From: Candidatus Methylomirabilota bacterium | GTDB lineage: Bacteria; Methylomirabilota; Methylomirabilia; Rokubacteriales; DASRDR01 | Direction: 5' to 3' | Assembly (NCBI GenBank): GCA_036257195.1 | Contig: DATAFX010000031.1 | Coordinates: 1 to 60,547 of the forward strand | DNA length: 60,547 bases | Shown: positions 9,482 through 19,094 of the stretch, one piece after another | Numbering within the stretch: position 1 is the stretch's first letter | Layout: each line of letters starts with the position of its first letter | Translations under genes and position numbers: made by a program | The notes under the pieces: model-generated | The model's input: only the letters and a program-made list of their open reading frames with translations | What the model was told of the DNA's origin: nothing | Databases searched by the model: none

Positions 9482-9973
9482 CTAGCGCGTCGCGCCGGAA
9501 GCGGCGGCCACCGCGTCGGCCGGGCTGACCGACGGGCCCTCGTAGAGCTCCACGGTGAATCCGTCCGGATCGCGGAGGTAGACCGCCCAGCCGCCGCGAT
9601 GCGCGCCGGCCGTGATCTCGGTCGCATCGGAGATCAGCCGGACGCCGTGGCGGCGCAGCTCGGCGCACGCGGCCTGGATGTCGTCCACCCGGAAGCAGAG
9701 GTGGGCGTTCCCCGGCCGGTTCGTGGCCCGGTCTGTCGGCTCCGCGGGGTGCGACACGTACTGGAGCAGCTCGAGCATGCTGCCACCGTCGGCGGACTGG
9801 AGGAGGGCGATCTCGAGCCTCACGCCGTCGAACCCGGTGACCGCCGCGAGGTAGGGCGCGGTGCCGGTCCAACGCCTGACGAGCTTGAGCCCGAGGAGGT
9901 CCCGGTAGAAGGCCAGCGAGCGTTCGATGTCGCTGACGGTGAACCCGGTGTGATAGACGAAGCCGAGCTTCAT
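9482..9973 (-). CDS. VOC (glyoxalase / bleomycin resistance / dioxygenase) family protein
   Basis: HTGFTVSDIERSLAFYRDLLGLKLV ... NAHLCFRVDDI ... AVYLRDPDGFTVEL pattern. Confidence 0.8.
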   Translation of the reverse strand: MKLGFVYHTGFTVSDIERSLAFYRDLLGLKLVRRWTGTAPYLAAVTGFDGVRLEIALLQSADGGSMLELLQYVSHPAEPTDRATNRPGNAHLCFRVDDIQAACAELRRHGVRLISDATEITAGAHRGGWAVYLRDPDGFTVELYEGPSVSPADAVAAASGATR

Positions 9974-9981
9974 GGCCCCTC

Positions 9982-10380
9982 CTACCCGAGGACGGCGATC
10001 GCGTCGATCTCGATCAGCGCGTCGTCGTCCCAGAGCCCGCGGACCTCGACCAGCGTCGTGGCGGGCCAGTGCCCCTCCATCATCTCGCGGTAGACCAGAC
10101 CGATCTCGCGCGCCTGCGCCCGGTACGCGCGCTTGTCGACCACGTAGAACGTCACCTTGACGAGGTCGCGAAGCGTGCCGCCGCGCGCCCCGACGACGGC
10201 GCCCACGTTGGCCAGCGCGTGCCGGAACTGCCCGACCAGGTCGCCGACCGCCGTGATCCGACCGTCGGCGTCCAGGGCCGTCTGGCCGGCGACGAAGAGG
10301 GTGCGCCCCTGCGCCTCGATCCCGTGCGAGTAGCCCGAGGGCTTCGGCAGCCAGGCCGGATTCACGATCACCTTCGGCAC
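9982..10380 (-). CDS. RidA (YjgF/L-PSP) family enamine/imine deaminase-like protein
   Basis: 132 aa. GYSHGIEAQGRTLFVAGQTALD ... ATTLVEVRGL ... IEIDAIAV is characteristic of the RidA family. Confidence 0.85.
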   Translation of the reverse strand: MPKVIVNPAWLPKPSGYSHGIEAQGRTLFVAGQTALDADGRITAVGDLVGQFRHALANVGAVVGARGGTLRDLVKVTFYVVDKRAYRAQAREIGLVYREMMEGHWPATTLVEVRGLWDDDALIEIDAIAVLG

Positions 10381-10432
10381 CGCCCCCTCCTTCCCGGTGT
10401 TGGTCGACCGCTGGTCGGCCGCCGGCGTGGCC

Positions 10433-11209
10433 TCAGGCCTGCACCGCGCCGCCGTCGACGTTCCAGGCCTGGGCGGTCACCCCGCGGGCCTCGTCGCTGG
10501 CGAGCAGCACCGCCAGCGCCGCGACCTCCTCCGGCTCGATCAGGCGCTTCTGCGGGGAGAAGGCCGCGAGCGCCTGGACCGCCTCCTCGTACGCGCGCCC
10601 CGTGCGCTTCTGGATGTTCCGGGCCCCGGCCCACGTCAGCTCGGTCGCCACGTAGCCGGGGCAGATGGCGTTGACGGTCACGCCGGCTCCCACGACCTCC
10701 TGGGCGAGGGCGCGCGTCAGCCCGATGAGGCCGTGCTTCGAAGCGGCGTAGGCGGCGATGAGCGGGTACCCCTGGCGCCCCGCGATCGACGCGATGTTGA
10801 TGATGCGGCCCCAGCGCGCCGCCAGCATGCCGGGCAGGACTGCGCGGGTCACGTAGAAGGCCCCCGTCAGGTTCACGCGGAGGTGACGCTCCCAGAGGGC
10901 GTCGTCGGTGTCCACGAGCTTCGCGGAGGCGGCGATGCCCGCGTTGTTGACCAGGATCTCGATCGGGCCCAGAGTCTCCGCTACCCGCCGCACCGCGTCG
11001 TCGACCTGAGCCCGCTCGCCGACGTCGCAGGTGACGGCCAGCGTCCGTCGCCCGAAAGCCCGGATCTCGGCGGCGACGGCGTCGACCTCGGCACCCGTGC
11101 GCGCGGTGACGGCGACGTGGGCGCCCTCGCGGGCGAACGCGAGCGCGATCGCCCGCCCGATGCCCCGGCCGCCGCCGGTGACGAGGGCGACCCGGTCCGG
11201 GAGCTTCAC
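10433..11209 (-). CDS. SDR family oxidoreductase (3-hydroxyacyl-CoA / 3-oxoacyl reductase-like)
   Basis: TGGGRGIGRAIA cofactor motif, NNAG, and YAASKHG catalytic motif. Confidence 0.9.
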   Translation of the reverse strand: MKLPDRVALVTGGGRGIGRAIALAFAREGAHVAVTARTGAEVDAVAAEIRAFGRRTLAVTCDVGERAQVDDAVRRVAETLGPIEILVNNAGIAASAKLVDTDDALWERHLRVNLTGAFYVTRAVLPGMLAARWGRIINIASIAGRQGYPLIAAYAASKHGLIGLTRALAQEVVGAGVTVNAICPGYVATELTWAGARNIQKRTGRAYEEAVQALAAFSPQKRLIEPEEVAALAVLLASDEARGVTAQAWNVDGGAVQA

Positions 11210-11296
11210 GGCGCGCAGTATAGACGGCGCTCGGAAGGCGGGTCAACGCGGACGCGCGTCGGTGCGCCGCCAAGCGCCGGTCGTCGTGACGCGCGG

Positions 11297-11305
11297 TGAT
11301 ACACT
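11297..11305 (+). promoter_or_regulatory. candidate extended -10 element (TGATACACT) for the hydroxylase gene
   Basis: Lies in the divergent intergenic region, about 70 nt upstream of the TTG start. Belongs to the recurring TGnTAnACT pattern. Confidence 0.3.
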
Positions 11306-11378
11306 AGCCCGCGACGCGTGTTCGGCTCGCGTCCAGCCGAGGTCGCCGGGGTCGCCAGGGTCCAAGGAGGCGCGGCGG

Positions 11379-13637
11379 TTGAGGATCGTCTGCATCGGCG
11401 GGGGTCCGGCCGGGCTCTACTTCGCCGCACTCATGAAGAAAGCCGACCCCGCCCACGACGTCACCGTCGTCGAGCGGAACCGGCCCGACGACACGTTCGG
11501 CTTCGGCGTCGTCTTCTCCGATGCCACCCTCGAGCGCTTCGCCGAGGCGGATCCCGAGACCCACGAGGAGATCGTCCGGGCGTTCGCCCACTGGGACGAC
11601 ATCGACATCCACTGCCGCGGGACCGTGGTGACCTCGACCGGCCACGGCTTCGCCGGCATGTCCCGGCAGCTGCTCCTGGATATCCTCCAGCGTCGCTCTG
11701 CCGGGCTCGGCGTGAAACTCGAGTTCCAGACGGAGGCGCAGAATCTCGCCCCCTATCGGGACGCCGACCTCGTCCTCGCCGCCGACGGCGTCAACAGCGC
11801 GATCCGGGCCCGCCACGCCGAGCACTTCGGACGCCGCATCGAGTGGCGGCCGAACCGCTTCGTCTGGCTCGGCACGACCTGCCCGTTCCCGGCCTTCACG
11901 TTCATCTTCAAGGAGGACGTGCACGGCCTCTGGCGGGTCCACGCCTACCGCTACGACGCCCGGCACTCCACGTTCATCCTGGAGACGACCGACGCGACCT
12001 GGCGCCGGGCCGGCCTCGACGAGGCGTCCGAGGACGACACGGTCGCGTTTACCGAGGCGCTGTTCGCCGACGAGCTGAAGGGCCACCCGATCCTCAAGAA
12101 CCGGTCGCTGTGGCGGAACTTCCCGGTGGTCCGGAACGACCGGTGGTCCTACGGCAACGTCGTTCTGGTGGGCGACGCCGCCCACACCGCGCACTTCTCG
12201 GTGGGCTCGGGGACGAAGCTTGCCATGGAGGACGCGATCGCGCTCAGCCGGGCGCTCCGGCGCCACGCGGACGTCCCGGCGGCCCTCGCCGCCTACGAGA
12301 CCGAGCGGCGGCCCGAGGTGGAGAGCCTCCAGCGCGCGGCCCAGGTGAGCCTCGAGTGGTTCGAGACGACCGAGCGGTACCAGCGGCTCGAGCCGGCCCA
12401 GTTCGCGATGAGCCTCCTCACGCGAAGCCTCCGTGTCACACACGAGAACCTCAAGGTCCGCGATCCGCGCTTCGTCGCGACGGTGGACCGGTGGTTCGCC
12501 GACGGCGCCGCCCGGCAGAGCGGGGCTCCGGTCCCGGCCGCGCCGGCGCCGGTGCCGCCGCCCATGTTCACGCCGTTCCGGCTGAGGGACCTGGTCCTCT
12601 CGAACCGCGTCGTCGTGTCGCCGATGTGCCAGTACTCGGCGGAGGACGGCACGCCGAACGACTGGCACCTGGTCCACCTGGGGAGCCGCGCGGCGGGCGG
12701 GGCCGCCCTGATCGTCGCCGAGATGACCGACGTGAGCCGGGAGGGCCGCATCAGCCCGGGGTGCACCGGGATGTACAAGCCCGAACACGTCGACGCGTGG
12801 AGGCGCATCGTCGACTTCGTTCATCGCCACACCGGAGCGCGGATCGCCCTCCAACTCGCCCACGCCGGGCGCAAGGGCTCGACGCGGCGCATGTGGGACG
12901 GGATCGACGAGCCGCTCCCGGAGGGGAACTGGCCCCTCCTGTCCGCGTCGCCGCTCCCGTACTTCCCGCACAGCCAGGTGCCGCGCGAGATGACCCGGGC
13001 CGACATGGACCTGGTCCGCGATCAGTTCGCGGAGGCCGCCCGGATGGCCGAGGTCGCGGGCTTCGACATGCTCGAGCTCCACATGGCCCACGGCTACCTC
13101 CTCGCGAGCTTTATCTCGCCGCTCACCAACGTGCGGACCGACGGCTATGGCGGGCCGCTCGATTCCCGGATGCGCTACCCGCTGGAGGTCTTCGACGCGG
13201 TCCGGGCCGCCTGGCCGGCCGGCAAGCCCATCTCGGTGAAGATCTCCGCCACGGACTGGGCGCCGGGCGGCACGACCGCCGAGGACTCGGTCCGCATCGC
13301 GGCGAGCCTCGGAGCGCACGGGTGTGACGTCGTGACCGTCTCCACCGGCCAGACGGTGCCGCACCAACGGCCGGTCTACGGGCGGCTCTACCAGACCCCG
13401 CTGAGCGACCGGATCCGGCACGAGGCGCGCGTCCCGACGATGACGGTCGGAAACCTGTCCACGTACGCCGACGCCAACTCGATCCTCGCCGCCGGGCGGG
13501 CGGACCTGTGCGTGCTCGCCCGGGGCCACCTCTACGACCCCTACTGGACGCGCCACGCCGCCCGGGACCAGAATTTCGACCTGCCCTGGCCCGACCAGTA
13601 CCTGTCCGTCGAGAGCTACACCCCACGGTCGCGCTAG
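11379..13637 (+). CDS. bifunctional aryl-CoA hydroxylase/reductase (2-aminobenzoyl-CoA monooxygenase/reductase or salicylyl-CoA 5-hydroxylase type): N-terminal FAD monooxygenase fused to OYE-type FMN reductase
   Basis: N-terminal half: IVCIGGGPAGLY, LVLAADGVNSAIR, GDAAHTAHFSVGSGTKLAMEDA. C-terminal half: SPMCQYSAEDG, HAGRKGS, ELHMAHGYLLASFISPLTNVRTDGYGG. TTG start at 11379 has AAGGAGG 8 nt upstream; the ORF-track start at 11031 would overlap the SDR gene. Confidence 0.85.
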   Translation: MRIVCIGGGPAGLYFAALMKKADPAHDVTVVERNRPDDTFGFGVVFSDATLERFAEADPETHEEIVRAFAHWDDIDIHCRGTVVTSTGHGFAGMSRQLLLDILQRRSAGLGVKLEFQTEAQNLAPYRDADLVLAADGVNSAIRARHAEHFGRRIEWRPNRFVWLGTTCPFPAFTFIFKEDVHGLWRVHAYRYDARHSTFILETTDATWRRAGLDEASEDDTVAFTEALFADELKGHPILKNRSLWRNFPVVRNDRWSYGNVVLVGDAAHTAHFSVGSGTKLAMEDAIALSRALRRHADVPAALAAYETERRPEVESLQRAAQVSLEWFETTERYQRLEPAQFAMSLLTRSLRVTHENLKVRDPRFVATVDRWFADGAARQSGAPVPAAPAPVPPPMFTPFRLRDLVLSNRVVVSPMCQYSAEDGTPNDWHLVHLGSRAAGGAALIVAEMTDVSREGRISPGCTGMYKPEHVDAWRRIVDFVHRHTGARIALQLAHAGRKGSTRRMWDGIDEPLPEGNWPLLSASPLPYFPHSQVPREMTRADMDLVRDQFAEAARMAEVAGFDMLELHMAHGYLLASFISPLTNVRTDGYGGPLDSRMRYPLEVFDAVRAAWPAGKPISVKISATDWAPGGTTAEDSVRIAASLGAHGCDVVTVSTGQTVPHQRPVYGRLYQTPLSDRIRHEARVPTMTVGNLSTYADANSILAAGRADLCVLARGHLYDPYWTRHAARDQNFDLPWPDQYLSVESYTPRSR

Positions 13638-16345
13638 ACGGCCGGCCGAGCCTCGCGCCGCCGCGCAGCTCGCGCTGGCTTATCGTCGCCGCCCTCCTCG
13701 CGCTGGCCGCGCTCCTCCGCGTCTCGGCAATGTTCTACCAGAACATTTCCGGCGACGACGCGACGGTGGCCCTGATGGGCAAGCACATCCTTGCCGGCGA
13801 GAACCTGCCGGTGTTCTTCTACCGTCAGTCGTTCATGGGGTCGCTGAACGGCTTCCACATGGTGCCGGCCCTCCACGCGTTCGGGCCCTCGGTGCTGCTG
13901 GTGCGACTGAACGCCGTGGCGTGGTCCCTTTTGTTTCCGCTCGGGCTCTACGTCCTGGCGCGCCGGATCTACGACGAGTCGGCAGCCCGGGTGACGCTGC
14001 TCCTCGCCGCGGTCCCGCCCTTCCTCCTGACCTACTACAGCACCGTGGCGGAGCCCCACTTCGAGGCCAACACGTTCGGAGTGGTCCTCCTGCTGCTCGC
14101 GCTGGTGGCGCTGACGGCGCGCGCCGAGCCCCATCGGGCGCGTACCCTCGCATGCCTGGGATTCGTCGCCGGGCTCGCGTGCTGGACGAACATGAAGGTG
14201 CTGGTGGTCCTCGGCCCGATCCTCCTCCTGCTGCTTCTCCACGACCCGCGCCTGCCGTTCCGCCGGGGTGGGCTGCTGCTCGCCGTGGGCTTCCTGGCGG
14301 GGAACCTGCCCGCCTGGCTCTTCTACGTCACCCAACCGGATCCCGGGCAGGGGAACCTCGGCTCCGCCCGCCGGTTCCTGGAGTCGAACGTCGACCTCTC
14401 GTGGCCGCGGGTGTCGGAGTTCCTTGCCCATGCCGTGCCGCTCGTCGTCGGCACCTACTACTGGGAGCCCGGGACGCCCCTCCGGCTCCTGGCGCTCGCG
14501 CTCTGCGGCGCCCTGTACCTGGCGGCGGTCGTCCTCGCGGTCGTCGAGGCGGTCCGCGCGCTCCGTCGGGGGGCGCCGTCCCGCCGGGCCTGGGGTCTCT
14601 GGCTCCTCCTGCTGACGCTCGGCGCCACCTACCTGGCCCTCTACGGCTCCACGTTCAACCTCCTGTGGCAGATGTCACGCGGCCGCTACCTCCTGCCGGC
14701 GTACATCCCGCTCCTGCTCTTCCTCGGCGCGGCGATCGCGCGCCTGGCGCGCCGATCGCGACCGGCCGCCGGCGTCGCGCTCGCGTTCGTCCTCGCGTTC
14801 AACGTGTGGACGAACTTCGGCTACCTGTGGCCGCTCCAGCCGGTGGAGCGGGCGCGCCGGCGCGCCCAGATCGCCGTGCGTCAGGCGCTCGCGGAGCGCC
14901 TCGAGGCGCAGGCCGCCGGGGCGCTGCTCATGGACGACCCCATGGAGAGCATCCGCTGGCAGTTCCTCCTGAGCCGCCCGCGCATCTCGGCGCTCACGTC
15001 GGAGGTCTACTACCCGTCGTCGATCCCGGCGGATGCCGCCGAGCGCGTGAGCATCCTCGCGGCGCGTGGCCAGTCGCGGATTCCCGCGCAACTCGACGCG
15101 TTGGGCGCGACCGTGACGGCGACGCAGTTCGGCGACGAGTGGCTCTACGAGGACGTCCGCATCTCGCGCCGGGCCTACCGGCTCCTGTCGCGAGCCGGAT
15201 GGCGAGCCGTCGGCGAGCCGGACACGCCGCCGGCCTCGGCCGACGGCGACCTCGGCACCACATGGCCCACGCGCCGCCTCGACCGGTCGGAATCCGGCCA
15301 GCTCGTGCTGGATCTGGGGGCGCCGCGGCCGGTGGCGCGCGTCCTGCTCTGGCCGACGGCGCTGACCGACGTGGTCGTGCCACTCGAGGTCGCGGGATCG
15401 CCGGACGGTGTCACCTGGCGACGGCTGGGCGTCGCGCCTGCCCAGGTCGCGCAGCCAGCGTTCGTCGTCGGCCAGCGGCCCGTGTTCCATCCCCGGAACG
15501 GCTGGCTCGAGCTGGTCACCGCGTCCGAGCTCGTCCGGTACCTCAGGATCCGCCCGGCAGAGCCGAGCTCGGTCGGGGTCGGGATGGTGGGGGAGGCGTA
15601 CCTGTACGAGGCCCTCGATCGCCCGGCGGACCCGGCACTCGACCTGGACGCCTTGCTGCGCGTCCTACGCGCGCGCGGTGTCACGCGGCTCCTGGCCGAT
15701 CCGGTCGTCTCCGCGCAGGTCGCCCTGGCGACGAAGGGGGCGATCGCCACACTGCCGGCCAACGGCGTCCTCAACAGCCACGGGTTCTCGCCGCCGACGC
15801 ACCTCTACGCCCGCCTCCGCCTCCGGGAGACCGACGCGGCGCTGGTGCCCGCCGAGGACGCCGAGGACCTCCAGGCGCGGCTCCGGTCGGCGGGCCTGCC
15901 CGTCACCTCGGAGCTGGTCGGGCCGTACGTGCTCTTCCAGCCGGTCGGGCCGCTCGCCACGTCGGCTCGCTGCCGGGCGACGGCGTGGCGCGTCACGGCC
16001 GAGGCCCCGGAGGCCGATGGTCGCGGCGCGCGCTACGTCGTCGAGGGCCGCCTGGCCGAGCCCACGCGCCTGGCCACGGTCCGCCTCGAGCATCCCCGGG
16101 TCTCGACCCGGCACGCCACGATCGTCGGGACGGCGATCTCGGACGACGGCCGCTCGTGGCACGCCGTGGACGGGCGGCCGGTGGCGGAGTGGGCGTGGGC
16201 GGGCCGCACGCTCTTCACCTTCTCGGGCGGGGCGTCCGAGCTGGCGGTGGGCGGCCGCGCCGGGCGCGCCGTGCGCGTGGAGGTGCGGCTGCCGTACCGG
16301 GGTGAGGGGGCGATCACCGCGCTGTGCGTGCGGGGACAGGCGTAG
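13508..16345 (+). CDS. GT-C (family 39 / ArnT-PMT-like) membrane glycosyltransferase fused to C-terminal discoidin (F5/8 type C)-like domains; start codon unresolved
   Basis: TM1 (WLIVAALLALAALL) followed by loop ISGDDATVALMGKHIL and about 10 more TM segments. The C-terminal half contains ADGDLGTTWPTRR...LDLGAPRPVARVLLWP...LEVAGSPDGVTWRRLG. No in-frame ATG, GTG or TTG lies between 13511 and 13729. Either GTG 13508 (130-nt overlap with the upstream gene) or a CTG is used. Confidence 0.7.
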   Translation: MRARPGPPLRPLLDAPRRPGPEFRPALARPVPVRRELHPTVALDGRPSLAPPRSSRWLIVAALLALAALLRVSAMFYQNISGDDATVALMGKHILAGENLPVFFYRQSFMGSLNGFHMVPALHAFGPSVLLVRLNAVAWSLLFPLGLYVLARRIYDESAARVTLLLAAVPPFLLTYYSTVAEPHFEANTFGVVLLLLALVALTARAEPHRARTLACLGFVAGLACWTNMKVLVVLGPILLLLLLHDPRLPFRRGGLLLAVGFLAGNLPAWLFYVTQPDPGQGNLGSARRFLESNVDLSWPRVSEFLAHAVPLVVGTYYWEPGTPLRLLALALCGALYLAAVVLAVVEAVRALRRGAPSRRAWGLWLLLLTLGATYLALYGSTFNLLWQMSRGRYLLPAYIPLLLFLGAAIARLARRSRPAAGVALAFVLAFNVWTNFGYLWPLQPVERARRRAQIAVRQALAERLEAQAAGALLMDDPMESIRWQFLLSRPRISALTSEVYYPSSIPADAAERVSILAARGQSRIPAQLDALGATVTATQFGDEWLYEDVRISRRAYRLLSRAGWRAVGEPDTPPASADGDLGTTWPTRRLDRSESGQLVLDLGAPRPVARVLLWPTALTDVVVPLEVAGSPDGVTWRRLGVAPAQVAQPAFVVGQRPVFHPRNGWLELVTASELVRYLRIRPAEPSSVGVGMVGEAYLYEALDRPADPALDLDALLRVLRARGVTRLLADPVVSAQVALATKGAIATLPANGVLNSHGFSPPTHLYARLRLRETDAALVPAEDAEDLQARLRSAGLPVTSELVGPYVLFQPVGPLATSARCRATAWRVTAEAPEADGRGARYVVEGRLAEPTRLATVRLEHPRVSTRHATIVGTAISDDGRSWHAVDGRPVAEWAWAGRTLFTFSGGASELAVGGRAGRAVRVEVRLPYRGEGAITALCVRGQA

Positions 16346-16397
16346 CCGGGAAGACGCTCCCGGGCCGATCCCCGAGGATGCGGTCGACGACCGACGG

Positions 16398-17690
16398 TCA
16401 GGCCGCCGACGCCGGACCGCGGTGATGGACCCAGTAGTGGTCGGGGCGGCGGGCGACGCGCTCGGCCAGGAGGCGAGTGGCGCGTTCCGCGTCGCCGGCC
16501 CGGAAGCACGCCTCCAGCAGCGTGTCGTGGAAGACGTCCCGCTGGGCGCGGCTGCCGCCCAGCTCCACGATCCGCGGGCGGAGCGGCTCGATCCGCTCGA
16601 TCGTCGTCCGGTAATCCCGCCGGGCGAACGCCTGGAGCCCCTCGACGAGCGGGATCAGCACCGTGTCCACGAGACCCGTCGGGTCCTTGGCGACGCGCCC
16701 GCGCAGCATCTCGAGCTGGGTCTCATGGGTGGCCCAGTCGCCGGCGCCTGCGAGAGCCATCGCGAGGTGCGCGGCGTGGAAGAGCAGCCCCTGCCGGTCG
16801 AGACGGCTCCGAGCGATCGCGGCGAACGGCTCCCACCGCGCCCCGACCGGCAGCCCGAAGAGGTCCTGCCGCCAGAGGAGCGCGATCGAGTCGTGGAGGT
16901 CGCCGGCGATGGCCGACGGCGCCCGCTCGAACGTCGCCCGCGACATCCGGACCGCGCGCGCGTAGTCGCCGCGCGAGAGGTGCATCAGCGCCAGGTGCCA
17001 CACGAGATGGTTGCGGAACCAGTTGAGGTGCTGGCAGGGATGGATGGCGGGCGGTAGGCGGTCCACGCCCTCGTCGAACGCGGCCAGCTCGTAGAGCGCG
17101 TGAGCGAGCGCGTGGACGGCCCAGGCGTCCCGGGGATTCCGCGCCATCGCGGTCTCCGCCGCGCGGACGGCCTCCCGGCAGCGATCCGCCTGCTCGAGGC
17201 CGAAGGCGTGGAGTCCGAGGACGAACGAATCGTCGCCGTAGGCCGACAGGACGCGGCTCGTGAGCTCGAGCATCTCCGGGAAGCGGCCCTGCCAGAACCA
17301 GACGAAGTAGAGCCGCTGGAGGACGACGGCGTCTCGCGGCCAAGCGTCCAGATGCTCCACCATCTGACGCTCGGCCTGAGTCGTTCGGCCCCCGACCAGG
17401 AGGGCCACGGCCTCGACGTGGCTTCGCTCCCGCGCGGTCTGGCGCGCGGCGGCGACGCGCGCGGCCTCTGCCGCCTCCCGGGCCGGGGCGAAGCGCTCCT
17501 CGAGGAACAGGCAGACGGCCTGACCCGCCTGGGCCACCGCCAGACCGGGGTCGAGCGCCGCCGCCTCGCGGAAGGCGTCGAGCGCGCTCCGGCCCCACCC
17601 GAGGAGGTCGCGCACGGCGTCGTCGTACCGGGAGAGCGCGGGGACCGCGGCCGTCGTGACCGGGAGGCCGTAGGCGTCCACCCGAGTCAC
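16398..17690 (-). CDS. TPR-like helical repeat protein (TTC38-like family)
   Basis: N-terminus VTRVDAYGLPVTTAAVPALSRYDDAV and all-helical repeat sequence. Start set at GTG 17690, 32 nt after the acyl-CoA dehydrogenase stop. The ORF-track N-terminal 250 aa overlaps that gene and looks spurious. Confidence 0.6.
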   Translation of the reverse strand: MTRVDAYGLPVTTAAVPALSRYDDAVRDLLGWGRSALDAFREAAALDPGLAVAQAGQAVCLFLEERFAPAREAAEAARVAAARQTARERSHVEAVALLVGGRTTQAERQMVEHLDAWPRDAVVLQRLYFVWFWQGRFPEMLELTSRVLSAYGDDSFVLGLHAFGLEQADRCREAVRAAETAMARNPRDAWAVHALAHALYELAAFDEGVDRLPPAIHPCQHLNWFRNHLVWHLALMHLSRGDYARAVRMSRATFERAPSAIAGDLHDSIALLWRQDLFGLPVGARWEPFAAIARSRLDRQGLLFHAAHLAMALAGAGDWATHETQLEMLRGRVAKDPTGLVDTVLIPLVEGLQAFARRDYRTTIERIEPLRPRIVELGGSRAQRDVFHDTLLEACFRAGDAERATRLLAERVARRPDHYWVHHRGPASAA

Positions 17691-17722
17691 GGCTGGGCGC
17701 GGAGGTATCGGCTCGCGGCTGG

Positions 17723-18877
17723 TCAAAGGCCCGGGTCCTCCGGGCGGCCGAGCCAGGCGCCGGCCACCAGGTTGCGCATCATCTGGACCGTTCCCCCGCC
17801 GATCGTGAACATGCGGGCGTCGCGCACCATCCGCTCGAGCGGGAGGTCGCGAGAGTAGCCGCTGGCCCCGAAAATCTGGAGGGCGTCGTTGGTGACGCGC
17901 ACGGCCGTCTCGCTCGCCAGCGTCTTGGCCATGGCGGCCTCGATCATGTCGGGGAGGCCGTGGCCGGCGTTGGCGGCCGCGCGGTAGACGAGCTGGCGCG
18001 CTGCCTCCACCTGGAGCGCCATGTCGGCGACCATCCAGCGGAGCCCCTGGAAGTGCCCGATCGGCCGGCCGAACTGCTCGCGCTCTCCCGCGTGCCGGAC
18101 GGCCATCTCGAGTGCCCCCTGGGCGAGCCCGAGCGCGACCGCCGCGGCGCCGACGCGCTGGCCATTGTAAGCCGCCATGAGGCGCTTGAAACCGCCCGCG
18201 GGCAGGATCAGGTTCTCGCCAGGGAGGCGGCAGCGGTCGAAGACGACCTCGCCTTCCGGGATGCCGCGCATCCCCATCGCCCGCTCGCGCCGCGTGACCG
18301 CCAGGCCTGGCGTGTCGGCCTCGACGATCAGCGCGCCGATCCCCGCCGCTCCCGGGATGTCGTCGAACCGGCAGAAGACCACGTAGGTCCGGGAGACCCC
18401 CGCGCCTGTGATCCAGCGCTTCGTCCCGGTCAGCACCCACGAGTCACCGTCGCGCTCGGCGCGCGTCTCGAGATCGGAGGCGGCCGAGCCGGCCTTGGCC
18501 TCCGTGATGGCGATGGCCGGCTTGTCCCCCCGGACGACGCGGGGAAGGTAGCGTCGCTTCTGCGCCTCGGTGCCGTGGTGGACGATCACGCCGACCGGCC
18601 CCAGGTTCGAGTCGACGAGGAGCCGCCCCGTCACGCCGCAGACGCGCGCCACCTGCTCCACGGCGAGGACCACGTCGAGGAGCGTCCTTCCCTGGCCGCC
18701 GTACGCGGCGGGCACCGTCATGCCCATCAGCGCTGCCTCGACGAGTTGCTTGACGTTGTCCCAAGGATACTCCTCGCGCTCGTCCCAGCGCGCCGCCCGC
18801 TCGCGGAACTCCTGGTCAGCAAGCGCGCGGGCGCGCGCTCGGACGTCCTCCTGCTCCGCGGTCAGCGGAAACCGCAT
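17723..18877 (-). CDS. acyl-CoA dehydrogenase
   Basis: 384 aa from ATG 18877 with GGGAGGA upstream. MRFPLTAEQEDVR..., ITEAKAGSAASDL, QIFGASGYSRDLPLERMVRDARMFTIGGGT. Confidence 0.9.
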   Translation of the reverse strand: MRFPLTAEQEDVRARARALADQEFRERAARWDEREEYPWDNVKQLVEAALMGMTVPAAYGGQGRTLLDVVLAVEQVARVCGVTGRLLVDSNLGPVGVIVHHGTEAQKRRYLPRVVRGDKPAIAITEAKAGSAASDLETRAERDGDSWVLTGTKRWITGAGVSRTYVVFCRFDDIPGAAGIGALIVEADTPGLAVTRRERAMGMRGIPEGEVVFDRCRLPGENLILPAGGFKRLMAAYNGQRVGAAAVALGLAQGALEMAVRHAGEREQFGRPIGHFQGLRWMVADMALQVEAARQLVYRAAANAGHGLPDMIEAAMAKTLASETAVRVTNDALQIFGASGYSRDLPLERMVRDARMFTIGGGTVQMMRNLVAGAWLGRPEDPGL

Positions 18878-19094
18878 CCCATCCTCCCGCGCGCCCCGGC
18901 GCGCCCGATGACAGGCGCGAATGTAGGCCTGGCCGGCGACGACGGTCAAGGCGGACGCCGGCCGCCTGGATCCTTGACCACGCGGTGGGTGGGGGAGAGC
19001 ATGGGCCCGGTGGGGAACGCGCCGGCTCGGCCGGGCGTTCCCCAAGAGGGGACCGCGCGCCCCGACGCGCGTGTCTGTCCGCCTGGAGGACACA

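Noticed and set aside
11304-13556. 750-aa minus-strand ORF. Similar long shadow ORFs occur at 22029-24194, 34..35624-type antisense entries, 40910-43372, 47195-48823, 52084-53991 and 56180-58201.
   Set aside because: All are antisense to genes with strong motifs, are low-complexity and Arg-rich, and lack SDs. I treated them as artefacts of high GC content.
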